Below are positions 42,105 through 51,894 of a stretch of DNA of 60,569 nucleotides, piece after piece. The notes below the pieces were generated by a model. It was given only the letters and a program-made list of their open reading frames with translations. It was not told the origin of the DNA and did not search any database. A program made the translations under genes and the position numbers. The stretch comes from a virus: IMG/VR virus record IMGVR_UViG_3300037780_000074; one strand, written 5' to 3'. Numbering within the stretch: position 1 is the stretch's first letter; every line of letters starts with the position of its first letter.

Positions 42105-44630
42105 ATGATATTTGTTCAAGAATCCATATACCAAGATTACATATTTGGAAAGCAAATCATAAGATTTGTTGTTTCTGATAATTATGATGATCTATTCAAA
42201 ACAGATGCACAAATTGTGTCTGATTTGTCTATTCAAACTGCTGATTTTAGAACTAATATATTCAACTTAGGCAAATCCAAAGAAACTCTAAAAAAGGATA
42301 AAGGCTCTTTTTCTATGAGTGAGTTAGGATTCACAGTTACTACATCAGCAGTAAAAAACATAACAGATAAAAGAGCAATGTTCTTTTGTCTTCACGCAAA
42401 CAATTTCAGAAAGCATAGATATTGTGCCACGTTTCTATATCCATTAGGTAGTAGCTTTGATGAATCTGATAGAACCTTTACAGGTAAGTTGAGTTCCACT
42501 ATCACTGGTGATGAATTCGATTGGAAAAATGCTTCTCCATGGGATTTTGAAATAGAAGCTGATATGGAGATTAACTTCAAAGCATTCCAATTTGATTTGT
42601 CAATCATGAACGAATGTTTATTAGATGAGGATATCCTATTACCTGACGGTACTGAAACTGGTTCTATTTATTCAAGATTGACCGATAAAGACGGTGGTAA
42701 TGGAGACCTTGAGACTGCATTTAAACATAAACCTAGTTATATATATGGTAAAACTGGTGGTAGTGACGGTTTTATAATTTATACTTCACCTCAGGGTACT
42801 ATATATGATTCTTTAATGATGCTTTTAGATAAGACATCTGAAGTGTTAGATGAAATGCTAGGCACTACTTTCTCATTTGATATTGTAGAAACAGATTTAG
42901 GTATAAGTGTAAGAACAGCTTACTATGAATTAAAAGACCAAGCAAATGGCCATGAAATAAGTGAACTAAAAACTGATGGAGATATAATTGACTTACATAT
43001 TGCTCCTACAGGTTCACCGAATTATGATAAAAATCCATATATAAGTAGCACTCTACTAAAACCAGTGTTTGGTACAGCTACTGACATACACACAACCAAA
43101 GAAAACATGCCTGAAATTTACAGGTATCACGAATCTAATTCATTTCTTGGAGCAAAAAATATAACTACAGTTCTAGCTGAAGTAGCAAGGGCATTAGGTT
43201 GTGTGGTTGTTACTAGATTTGTATCAGGTACCGGAATAGAAATAGAATTTGTTTCAAAAAATACTCTAGCAGGCTCATCTAATGTTTACATCATTGGAGC
43301 TAATAATTCAAGTTTCGATTCATCCTCTATAGCACTTGAAGATCAGATTGTCTACTATGCAGAAGCTAATCGATTAATATTAGAAGGTGGTCCAGATAGA
43401 GAAATTGCAGGAGATGAAGAAAATACATATAAGTACCAACAATTTGACCCTGGTGCAAAAGACTATTTCGGTAATTTCAAACCAACACCTGCATTAGAAG
43501 AGTTTCGAGATAAGATTAGAACAGATTCTTTAATAGAATATAAAAGACTAATCTTGTCAACTTCATACCCAGTTACTCAAATAAGATTTGATGGTGGTGT
43601 GGTGAGGTCAACCCCATTGAATCACGGAGTGTTATTTACTACTCCTTATGAGAGTACACCCTATTCTGAATTCTATGACCCAAGCAAGTATACAACTAGA
43701 TCGCTTGACACATTATTAAATTCTGGGATTATGGTAAAAACAACACCTCAGTCTAATGAACAAGTTACCTTACTAGGAGCATCGACACCAGTGTGGCAAC
43801 CTGCCTCTGATGTTGTAGTTAACATTAATGGAGAGAATGTAACATACAAAACATTGTCTGAATATGTGACATCATTAAATGATAGTGATAAACTCTATTA
43901 TGAAAATACTAGAAAAATTACTGTGCCAACATGGAATGGTTTCTCCGCTAGTACTGATGGTTCAAATCCTAGTTGGAAAAACATAAAGATAGGTCAAAAA
44001 TTACCATTGAAAGTGAAAACACTAGAATATGATGAAGTGGCAGATGAATGGAATGAAGTATGGTCTCCTGTAACGAACTGGTCTATAGTTAGCTTAGAAA
44101 GGTCAATGGATAAACCTGAGACCACTATAGAATTAGTTGATGAATCTGTTCACAGCATCTATGGTAATTATGATTCAGGAAAAGGTTCTTCACAAGTTCA
44201 AGGCACAGTAAATCAAAGTCCTCTGAGAAATGGGACAGTTGGTGGTGAGATTAGTGAAACATGGGTATTCAAATGCAATGAAGTAATAAAAGCAGATTAT
44301 GCAGTTGCATTAAGAGATGATGGAAGAATAGAAAAATTCCAACCTCTTAAAAGTACTCATTATAACAAGTTCATTGGTATCGCTAAACAAGATGGTATCA
44401 CCAATGATGTTATTAGAGTTCAAACAAGTGGAATAGTAGTATTAGAAAACTTGACAATAGATGAGAATAAGAGTCTCTTTGTAAGATATGCCACAGGAAA
44501 TAATGCCAACCTGCAACAAACTATTCTTGAATCGAAAACAGCTGATGAAGACATGATATTTAGGTTGTGTAGGAAACCGTTGAATAATAGAGCTTTTCAT
44601 TTAAAACCAGAATACATGATTTATGGCTAA
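42105..44630 (+). CDS. Large tail/baseplate-type structural protein
   Basis: 841-aa ORF within the tail gene block. Confidence 0.5.
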   Translation: MIFVQESIYQDYIFGKQIIRFVVSDNYDDLFKTDAQIVSDLSIQTADFRTNIFNLGKSKETLKKDKGSFSMSELGFTVTTSAVKNITDKRAMFFCLHANNFRKHRYCATFLYPLGSSFDESDRTFTGKLSSTITGDEFDWKNASPWDFEIEADMEINFKAFQFDLSIMNECLLDEDILLPDGTETGSIYSRLTDKDGGNGDLETAFKHKPSYIYGKTGGSDGFIIYTSPQGTIYDSLMMLLDKTSEVLDEMLGTTFSFDIVETDLGISVRTAYYELKDQANGHEISELKTDGDIIDLHIAPTGSPNYDKNPYISSTLLKPVFGTATDIHTTKENMPEIYRYHESNSFLGAKNITTVLAEVARALGCVVVTRFVSGTGIEIEFVSKNTLAGSSNVYIIGANNSSFDSSSIALEDQIVYYAEANRLILEGGPDREIAGDEENTYKYQQFDPGAKDYFGNFKPTPALEEFRDKIRTDSLIEYKRLILSTSYPVTQIRFDGGVVRSTPLNHGVLFTTPYESTPYSEFYDPSKYTTRSLDTLLNSGIMVKTTPQSNEQVTLLGASTPVWQPASDVVVNINGENVTYKTLSEYVTSLNDSDKLYYENTRKITVPTWNGFSASTDGSNPSWKNIKIGQKLPLKVKTLEYDEVADEWNEVWSPVTNWSIVSLERSMDKPETTIELVDESVHSIYGNYDSGKGSSQVQGTVNQSPLRNGTVGGEISETWVFKCNEVIKADYAVALRDDGRIEKFQPLKSTHYNKFIGIAKQDGITNDVIRVQTSGIVVLENLTIDENKSLFVRYATGNNANLQQTILESKTADEDMIFRLCRKPLNNRAFHLKPEYMIYG

Positions 44631-45072
44631 TCAAATAAGACTATACTATACAAAAGACTATCCTAGACCTGCTGATGGTAATCTTACAGGTGCTGCCCCT
44701 GGGGGTGGAGATATAACAGGAGACGATGTCGTTCTTGCCCCACTAAGAATGCAACCATTTCTAGTTGAAACAAATGAAGACTCAGGGAGAATGCATGGTG
44801 GTATATTATATAGTAATATCCTTGATGCCAGATATTCACACTCTATTTACCTACAACCTAAAATCCTTACACAAACAGTAAGAGATTTCTTAAATGAGTT
44901 CTGGATGGCTGATTTCAAATATATTCAGTTCCCAAATGAAAGCCCAGGGAAGAATGATGTAAGACAAGTAAATACAAGTGGTGGGAAAATACCTCTAAGT
45001 AGAATCAATGACAACAAATACCTAAATGAGATTACTCTAGAACTAACTGAGGTGTTACCAAATGGGAACTAA
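44623..45072 (+). CDS. Tail completion/terminator-type protein (by position)
   Basis: 149 aa, overlapping both neighbours. Confidence 0.35.
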   Translation: MANQIRLYYTKDYPRPADGNLTGAAPGGGDITGDDVVLAPLRMQPFLVETNEDSGRMHGGILYSNILDARYSHSIYLQPKILTQTVRDFLNEFWMADFKYIQFPNESPGKNDVRQVNTSGGKIPLSRINDNKYLNEITLELTEVLPNGN

Positions 45073-45601
45073 TTTCACAGGATATTTTGAGCTCGGTAGT
45101 TTAGATACTATAAGAATAGCACCGATTAAATTCTTTGCTATTACTAGTGATAATCCTGCAAAGGAAGGTTTAGTAGCACCATTCGTTGAAGCTGGTAGTA
45201 CATGGAAACTTGACCCAATAGTATTGCCTAATGATTCAGGTGGAGAGGAGACACAAGCATATAATTTAGAAGTAACTATTATTATCCCAAATAGTGAACA
45301 TTTAAGAGTTGAGCAGATCATTAAACACTTTCAAAACACACCAGAAGATTTGGATTATATAACTATTGGATTCTCTCAATCAGGTGAGGAAGTAAAAGGG
45401 TTCTACTTGCCAGGTCTCGATTATAATAATCCTCTAAACAGCTTCCCTGTTGAAAACAATGAAATGATAATACTACCAGAATTAACTATGACATTAAATG
45501 TAGAACCTGCAGATATGAGAAACAGAACAAAAATTATAATTAAAAAATTCATCCCTCTCGATGAAGAATACGCACATATTTTAACATCAGATAGATTATA
45601 G
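45062..45601 (+). CDS. Putative major tail (tube) protein (by position)
   Basis: 179 aa, immediately upstream of the chaperone pair and the tape measure. Confidence 0.4.
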   Translation: MGTNFTGYFELGSLDTIRIAPIKFFAITSDNPAKEGLVAPFVEAGSTWKLDPIVLPNDSGGEETQAYNLEVTIIIPNSEHLRVEQIIKHFQNTPEDLDYITIGFSQSGEEVKGFYLPGLDYNNPLNSFPVENNEMIILPELTMTLNVEPADMRNRTKIIIKKFIPLDEEYAHILTSDRL

Positions 45602-45612
45602 GAGCTATACAA

Positions 45613-46152
45613 ATGAAGAAAAATGCAAATGCAGAAAAGAAGAATAAAAACATTGATATTGAGTTCAATGGGAAGAAATATAGATATGAGTACCATACTA
45701 TAAAGTCATTACCTGCGGAAACAGCAAATGAAATTATGCAGTGGTATAACGATGCTAAGAACCGACAAAAACAAGTTAATCTTAAAGAGGTTCATAGAAG
45801 TGATTTAGGCGAAGTAAAAGATACAGTAGTTGCTCACCTTGTAAGAGAGGTGTCAGAGAAAGGTGTTATGCTGGATTATGATTCAGCAGAAGCCAGAAGC
45901 TCTGTAAAAGAATTTATGATGGGTTTACCACATGACGAATTCTCAAGTATTAAAGATGAGATAATCAAGGATTTTTTTTTAAGTCAGGGGAAATTACATC
46001 TCGCTATGCAAATCTTGCGAGAAGAGCCAAAGAAATCCTCGAATCCAGAAAGCCTGATGTTATTGGCACAGTTGATAACAGCTTCAAAGAACTTGACAGA
46101 ATCGCCAGAAAAGAAGAACTTAGAATCAGCTCCCTCGAAAGCGGTGAGTTAG
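45613..46152 (+). CDS. Tail assembly chaperone (gpG-like, zero-frame product)
   Basis: Lies directly upstream of the tape measure and contains the slippery T_TTT_TTA at 45975-45981. Confidence 0.65.
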   Translation: MKKNANAEKKNKNIDIEFNGKKYRYEYHTIKSLPAETANEIMQWYNDAKNRQKQVNLKEVHRSDLGEVKDTVVAHLVREVSEKGVMLDYDSAEARSSVKEFMMGLPHDEFSSIKDEIIKDFFLSQGKLHLAMQILREEPKKSSNPESLMLLAQLITASKNLTESPEKKNLESAPSKAVS

Positions 46153-46307
46153 AAAGACGAATTGAAGAAATATATCACACAATTTGGTATGTGCCAATAT
46201 TAGCTAAAGAATGGAACTGCAAGCCAAGTGATATAAGGAATACTGATTATTTAGATTGTTTGTATAGCTTAATAGATAGAGTGAAAAGTATAGTAGATGG
46301 CAACTAG
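45613..46307 (+). CDS. Tail assembly chaperone -1 frameshift product (gpGT-like)
   Basis: Translated by hand. The -1 frame is open from the T-run (45972) to the TAG at 46305-46307 and reads FFFKSGEITSRYANLARRAKEILES...SLIDRVKSIVDGN. It overlaps the tape-measure ATG. Confidence 0.6.
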
Positions 46308-49300
46308 AGAACATGAAATATTACTAAACCTGGTAGCTTCCTTTAAGACTGAGAAAGGGGGAGTGAATAAGTTTGTTTCTGAGATTGAGAAGCAAATGAA
46401 AACTATCCAACCAGACATTGATTTAAATTCAGATGAGTTTAAGAAGAAAGCTGAGAATGTAATTGCAGAGTTCAACAAACTTAAAAATTCCACTAAAGGT
46501 GTTGAGGATATTGAAATTGCATTAAATTCAGATGAAGCACAAGCAGAGCTTTCTAGTCTTACAGATGCATTAGACCAGTTAATAGAAGAGACTGAAAAAA
46601 TAGACACATCATTAATTGATGATGCATTTGGAGATATTGATACTAAAACACTTAATGACCTATCAAAAGCATTAGATGACTTAAATAAAAACGTTGATTT
46701 CAATGAAGCATCAAAACAATTCGAAAATTTAGTTGACGACTTTGAGCAAGGAACAGTTGAGACTAAAAAATTACTCGAAGCACAAAAAGATACTCTGAAA
46801 GAACTTGAAAAAACTGGTAAAGTTGGCACCAAGGGATATGATAATCTACAGGCAGAAATCAAAGAAACTGAGGGAATGTTAGGTCAGTATGAAGAGGCAC
46901 TAAAGAAAGTAAAAGATACTACTGACGAAAACTCTAAAGGTGGTAATTCTTTCCTAGAGACATTTTTCAAAGCAGAAGCAATAGCAACCGCAGGCGAATA
47001 CTTGTCAGAATTTGCAGAATCAGGTAAAGAAGTAAACAAAGCTCTCAAAGTAGTACAAGCACAAGCTGGGCTGACTGAGGCAGAGGTAGCTAGTTTAAAG
47101 GATTCAGCAACAGAATTGTTCCAAGCAGGAGTAGGCGAGACATTGTCAGACACTATAAGGGCTTTAGGAACAGCTCAACAACAGTTAGGGAGCTTCTTAC
47201 CAAAAGAAGACTTAGACGACTTTGTCAAAGGTGCTGGTGCAATTGCTAATGTAATGGATGTAGAAGTTAATGAAGTAATTGGTAAGTCAAGGACTTTCTT
47301 GCAGAACTTTGCATTAGATGGACAGAAAGGGTTTGAGTTAATTGCATTTGCTTCCAAGGAAACTAATACATCAATGGCTGATACACTGGATACATTAGAT
47401 GAATATTCAGGAGTAATTAGTGACTTTGGTGCATCCGCTGAGTCCTTTGTTGGTAGGTTAGCAGTAGGTGTAGAACAGGGAGCTAGGGATACAGACAAGT
47501 TAGCTGATGCAATGAAAGAGACTGCAATTAGAATAAATGCAGGAGACTTTACAACACCGTTTGAAGAGATGAAAGATGGTGCTAACGAAGCAGAGGGAGC
47601 AATAGTCCAAAGTGTTGAAGCCTTACTTAAACAAGCACAAACTGGTGACATCTCTATTGAAGCAGCACTAAACCAATCACAGAAATTAATCAAAGAAGGT
47701 GTTGATGCTGGCGAAATAAATGAGGCACTTAGAAACAAACTTAACGTAGCTATTTCTGGTACTATGGCTGAAGAAATTGGTGGAGAATTATTCACTAATA
47801 TATTCTCTGCTGATGTTGACACAACAGCAGTTGCAAATTCAGCTAAAGAAATTGGTCAGACATTCTCAGATACAATTGGACCAGTTACAACTTTTGATAA
47901 ACTTGAATTGAAATTCAAAGCGTTTGCTACAAAAGCTTCTTCATTCTTTGCACCAGTTGCATCTACTCTAGGTGGTGTTATAACAACTGCAGGTCAATTA
48001 GCACCTGCAGTATCAGCTCTTAATTCTGTTGATTTAAGTAAGATTAAAGACCAAGTGTCTTCTATACAATCAGGTATTTCAGGATTAGGAGATAAAGTAC
48101 CATTTATAAAATCACAATTGGGAAGTTTAGGAAAGAGTGCAACTGGTTTAACTGGTATAGCTAGCAAAATTGGGGCATTGGGTCCTATTGCAATGAACCC
48201 ATGGGTAATTGGTGGAGCGGCCGCAGTTGGTGCATTAACATTGTTCTTAACTAAAACAGAAAAAGGGCAAGCAATACTAGAGAATGCATCTAAAGGATTT
48301 CAAAACTTCATCAAACAAGCAGAACCTGTTCTTGATTCATTAAAAGACCTTGGTGGTGAAACTATAGATTTACTCATTGAAGTAGGTAAAATCATATTTG
48401 AAGTTGTCATTTTACCGTTTGAAATCTTGTACGAGGTAATTAATGCGGGTATATCTATAGTAAATGAATGGACTGGTGGTTTACTTGGAGCGACTGATAT
48501 ATTTGAGCTTATTGCAAAAGGTATTGATGTAGTTTCGCAAGGATTCAGTTCTGCAGGAGATTTTTTGTCAGGTTTACTAGGATATATAAAGGCGGCCAAA
48601 GAGGGAATATTTGGTCTTATACGTGAAGCCCCTGAACTTCTTTCAAATCTTGCTGAGCTAGGAGCTCATTACTTAAATCCTGCAAACTGGTTTGGAGATG
48701 ATGAGGAAGGAGACGCACTTAAACAGAAGATTGCAGATTCTGTAAACCGTGCAATGAGTGGGGCAGTAAGAGTGTTTGAACAAACAAACATAGGTAATTC
48801 AATAGAAAAAGCTTTTGAAATTAAAGGTAGCTTGGACAAGCAGGATGAGATTGGTAAACTAGTAGCTAAATATGAAAACGCTACAGATGAATTAGAAAAA
48901 GCTTCACTTGCTCAACAAATAAACAAAGAAATACCTGGTGTAGTTTCTGGGTATAAGAAAATCATTGATGAAAATGGCAATGTTACTACTGCTATGGAAA
49001 TTAATGTAGATCAGGCAAAGAAATTAAATGAGGCACAAAGGGAAGCATTTAGTGAAGAAATCAAAACTAAGCAAAAAGAATTCACTAATGGGTTAATCAA
49101 GCAGGCTAACCAATACCAAGAGAATGAAGCAAAGATTGCTAAATTAAATGAACAGATAGTTAATGCCAATACTATTGAGAAATCTCAAGAATTACTAAAA
49201 GAAAGGGATAAATTAGTTGAGTCTCAAAAGAAAGAAGCCGAGAATGTGCTAGGTCTATTGGAAGATGCTAATGAAAAGGGTGTTATCACTGAAGAGTCTT

Positions 49301-51672
49301 ATGAGGCAGTTGCCAAAGCAATGGGTAAGACTACTGATGAGCTGAAAGAAGTTGTAAAACAACAAACAAAATCAGAAGAAATAGCCAAAGATCAAAAGCG
49401 TTCGGTTGAAGATTTAGCAGCCGCTTGGAATAGTGTTAATGATAAATTAAGTAAAACTGTAACCGAACAAACAGAAGGACTATCGGAACTCAAAAGACTT
49501 GTTAGAGAAGCTGATGATCCTGAAGAAAGAGCAAGAGCACGTGAACAATACCAAAAACTTCTTCAAGATACTCGTGATAATGTAAGGGAACAGAAAAAGC
49601 TTAATGCAATTAATGAACAGATACTAATTGCTACTGGCCAGAAAATCATTGAAGGAAAATCACTTTTCGAATTAGCAAAAGAGGAAATTGCACTTCGTGA
49701 ACGTGATATCCAAGCTACAGAACAATTACGTGAAATTGATAAAGAAAGATTACTGTTAGCAGAAGGTCGAGAAGCTAATGCTTATGATGAAATACAAGTA
49801 GGCAAGTTGCAATTACAAAGCATTGAATACCAACGTAAAGCATGGTTAGAAGTGTTATCTGCAAAAGGTCTAGTTTCCGAGGTGAATTTTGAAACTGGAG
49901 ATGTTGAATTTTCACCTAAACTTAAGAAAGAAGAAAAAGCAGAAGTAGAAGATGCAATTCTTAGATTTAACCAACAAATTGCTCAACAGGAAACTAATCT
50001 TGAGAAACTTAGTCTTTCAATAAAAGCCGACTCACAAACTTTGGAACGTGAGCTAGCTGAGTTAGAAATATCTCAAATCGAATTTGAAATTGAAGCAGGT
50101 ATAAGAGGAGCTTCTGGTTTTGAAGAAATAATTGACATGTTGAGTGAAAGACTAGAAAAACAAAAAACAGAAGTAGAAGACTATAATAATGAGATTGTTA
50201 AACTAGAAGAAGAGAAGAATGCAAAACTTCTAGCATTACAAACAACTGGTAGTGATACAGAAGAAATCGAAGCCATCAAGAACCAATATAATGTTCTAAT
50301 AAATGAGCAGAGAAGACTATATATAGAGGCAGAGGCAAAGGAAACTGAAACTTACAAAAGAATAAGACAGAATGTCAGAGAGAATTTAGACTACAGACTA
50401 GAAAAATTACAGACTGGTTTGGAAAGAGAAACAGATCTCCTAAATGAAAGATATGATAAAGAGATTGAAAAAATCAGCACAGTAAATGAGTTGTATTTTG
50501 GATTAAGAGATTCTGTAAGTCAAGAAACATTAGATACAGACCTATCAAATATTGATGAAGAGTTTAATGTAAGAAAGGAAAAATTAGAAGAATTCAAAGA
50601 ACTTGAGTTTCTAACTGAGGATGAATATAATAGAAAAATTGAAGCACTTGAGAAAGAGTCATTACAAAGAAGAGAAAACCTGCAGGAAGAATTCCGAAAG
50701 AAACAATTAATAGAAAACGAGATTCATGCAGAGCTTAACGCTATTGTAGAACGAGAAAAACAAGTAGCTGTTCTTGAATCTGAGCAAGAATCATTTAATA
50801 AGAAATTAGAGATATTCAGAGAAAATGTTCAAATTACAGATGAACAATATGAGCAACTATTCAACGCTCAGCAAGAATACCTTAAAGCTAGACAATTAGC
50901 AGAGGATAATGCGAATGATGAAAAACTACAGAAGGCATCTGAAGATGCGGCTGCTAATTTAGAAGCTATAAATAAAGAACTACTAAAGACTGGTAACTTT
51001 GACAAACAAGAATTTGAAATATTTTCTAATATAACTGAAGGATTAAGTAAGACTACAGGAGAGTTAGAAGAAAAAGGTAATGATCTGAATATAGCATTGC
51101 AAGATGTAACGGATTCAGCGGTTAATATTCTACCTGCTATTATAGCTGGTGCAGACCAACAAGCAGAAGACCAGTTTAGAGCCTTAATGGCTAGAAGAGT
51201 AACATTTATTCAAAAGGAAATAGAAGCATTTGTTCTTCAGTTGCTATTAAGCGAGTCCGTTGTTAATTATTTAAGTGGTCTTCCTTACCCATTAAATTTA
51301 GCGGCATTGCCTTTAGTTCAGCAAGGATTAAGTGCAGCGATTAAACAAATCACAACTCCAACTCTTACAAGTCTGTTATCATTTTCAGAAGGTGGAGACA
51401 TAACTGGTTTATATACTAGTCCTACTGCAATTCAGGTTGGAGATGCAACTCAGTCAGGCAATGCTAACAATAGAGAATGGGTTGCAAATGATAGAAATAT
51501 TAGAGAAATTGTAGAATTGTCAATTGCACTTCAAGTTAGAAATATGATGGCTGGTTTTGCTATGTTAGAAAATGCGATCAATGGTTTGTCTATTTCAACA
51601 AAACTTTCAGGAGAAGATATCGAAGTAGTTCTCCAAAGAAGACAGCAAGTTAAGAAACGTAGAAAGTTTTAA
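46297..51672 (+). CDS. Tape measure protein
   Basis: 1791 aa. Long coiled coils, Gly/Ala-rich hydrophobic central segments, and position after the G/GT genes. Confidence 0.85.
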   Translation: MATREHEILLNLVASFKTEKGGVNKFVSEIEKQMKTIQPDIDLNSDEFKKKAENVIAEFNKLKNSTKGVEDIEIALNSDEAQAELSSLTDALDQLIEETEKIDTSLIDDAFGDIDTKTLNDLSKALDDLNKNVDFNEASKQFENLVDDFEQGTVETKKLLEAQKDTLKELEKTGKVGTKGYDNLQAEIKETEGMLGQYEEALKKVKDTTDENSKGGNSFLETFFKAEAIATAGEYLSEFAESGKEVNKALKVVQAQAGLTEAEVASLKDSATELFQAGVGETLSDTIRALGTAQQQLGSFLPKEDLDDFVKGAGAIANVMDVEVNEVIGKSRTFLQNFALDGQKGFELIAFASKETNTSMADTLDTLDEYSGVISDFGASAESFVGRLAVGVEQGARDTDKLADAMKETAIRINAGDFTTPFEEMKDGANEAEGAIVQSVEALLKQAQTGDISIEAALNQSQKLIKEGVDAGEINEALRNKLNVAISGTMAEEIGGELFTNIFSADVDTTAVANSAKEIGQTFSDTIGPVTTFDKLELKFKAFATKASSFFAPVASTLGGVITTAGQLAPAVSALNSVDLSKIKDQVSSIQSGISGLGDKVPFIKSQLGSLGKSATGLTGIASKIGALGPIAMNPWVIGGAAAVGALTLFLTKTEKGQAILENASKGFQNFIKQAEPVLDSLKDLGGETIDLLIEVGKIIFEVVILPFEILYEVINAGISIVNEWTGGLLGATDIFELIAKGIDVVSQGFSSAGDFLSGLLGYIKAAKEGIFGLIREAPELLSNLAELGAHYLNPANWFGDDEEGDALKQKIADSVNRAMSGAVRVFEQTNIGNSIEKAFEIKGSLDKQDEIGKLVAKYENATDELEKASLAQQINKEIPGVVSGYKKIIDENGNVTTAMEINVDQAKKLNEAQREAFSEEIKTKQKEFTNGLIKQANQYQENEAKIAKLNEQIVNANTIEKSQELLKERDKLVESQKKEAENVLGLLEDANEKGVITEESYEAVAKAMGKTTDELKEVVKQQTKSEEIAKDQKRSVEDLAAAWNSVNDKLSKTVTEQTEGLSELKRLVREADDPEERARAREQYQKLLQDTRDNVREQKKLNAINEQILIATGQKIIEGKSLFELAKEEIALRERDIQATEQLREIDKERLLLAEGREANAYDEIQVGKLQLQSIEYQRKAWLEVLSAKGLVSEVNFETGDVEFSPKLKKEEKAEVEDAILRFNQQIAQQETNLEKLSLSIKADSQTLERELAELEISQIEFEIEAGIRGASGFEEIIDMLSERLEKQKTEVEDYNNEIVKLEEEKNAKLLALQTTGSDTEEIEAIKNQYNVLINEQRRLYIEAEAKETETYKRIRQNVRENLDYRLEKLQTGLERETDLLNERYDKEIEKISTVNELYFGLRDSVSQETLDTDLSNIDEEFNVRKEKLEEFKELEFLTEDEYNRKIEALEKESLQRRENLQEEFRKKQLIENEIHAELNAIVEREKQVAVLESEQESFNKKLEIFRENVQITDEQYEQLFNAQQEYLKARQLAEDNANDEKLQKASEDAAANLEAINKELLKTGNFDKQEFEIFSNITEGLSKTTGELEEKGNDLNIALQDVTDSAVNILPAIIAGADQQAEDQFRALMARRVTFIQKEIEAFVLQLLLSESVVNYLSGLPYPLNLAALPLVQQGLSAAIKQITTPTLTSLLSFSEGGDITGLYTSPTAIQVGDATQSGNANNREWVANDRNIREIVELSIALQVRNMMAGFAMLENAINGLSISTKLSGEDIEVVLQRRQQVKKRRKF

Positions 51673-51894
51673 CGTGCAAGAAACGTGCAATAAATATATA
51701 AAAATAAATAATCTTAAACTTTATTATATTAAAAAAAAGATACTATAGTTAGGACATTCGAGCTGTTACTAAATGGTTCCAATGTTTGGAAATAATTCTT
51801 ATTAAATAGTGAATAAAGTCTCATAAAGCTATAAGAAATAGCGATATAAGAGAAATAAATAATTATAAAGTGCAAATAATGTGTAATAAATGCA
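51671..51894. promoter_or_regulatory. Candidate attP region with repeated arm-type motifs
   Basis: aacgtgcaa occurs twice (51671-51679, 51682-51690), with related gtgcaaataat/gtgtaataaat at 51870-51891. AT-rich, ORF-free and adjacent to the integrase 3' end. Confidence 0.4.

Noticed and set aside
46269-48599. Several long minus-strand ORFs (46269..46862, 46884..47153, 47175..47822, 48300..48599) inside the tape measure gene.
   Set aside because: They are Ser/Ala/Phe-rich, low-complexity antisense translations of a repetitive coiled-coil gene. They have no plausible starts or neighbours on that strand, and the plus-strand 1791-aa ORF explains the region.
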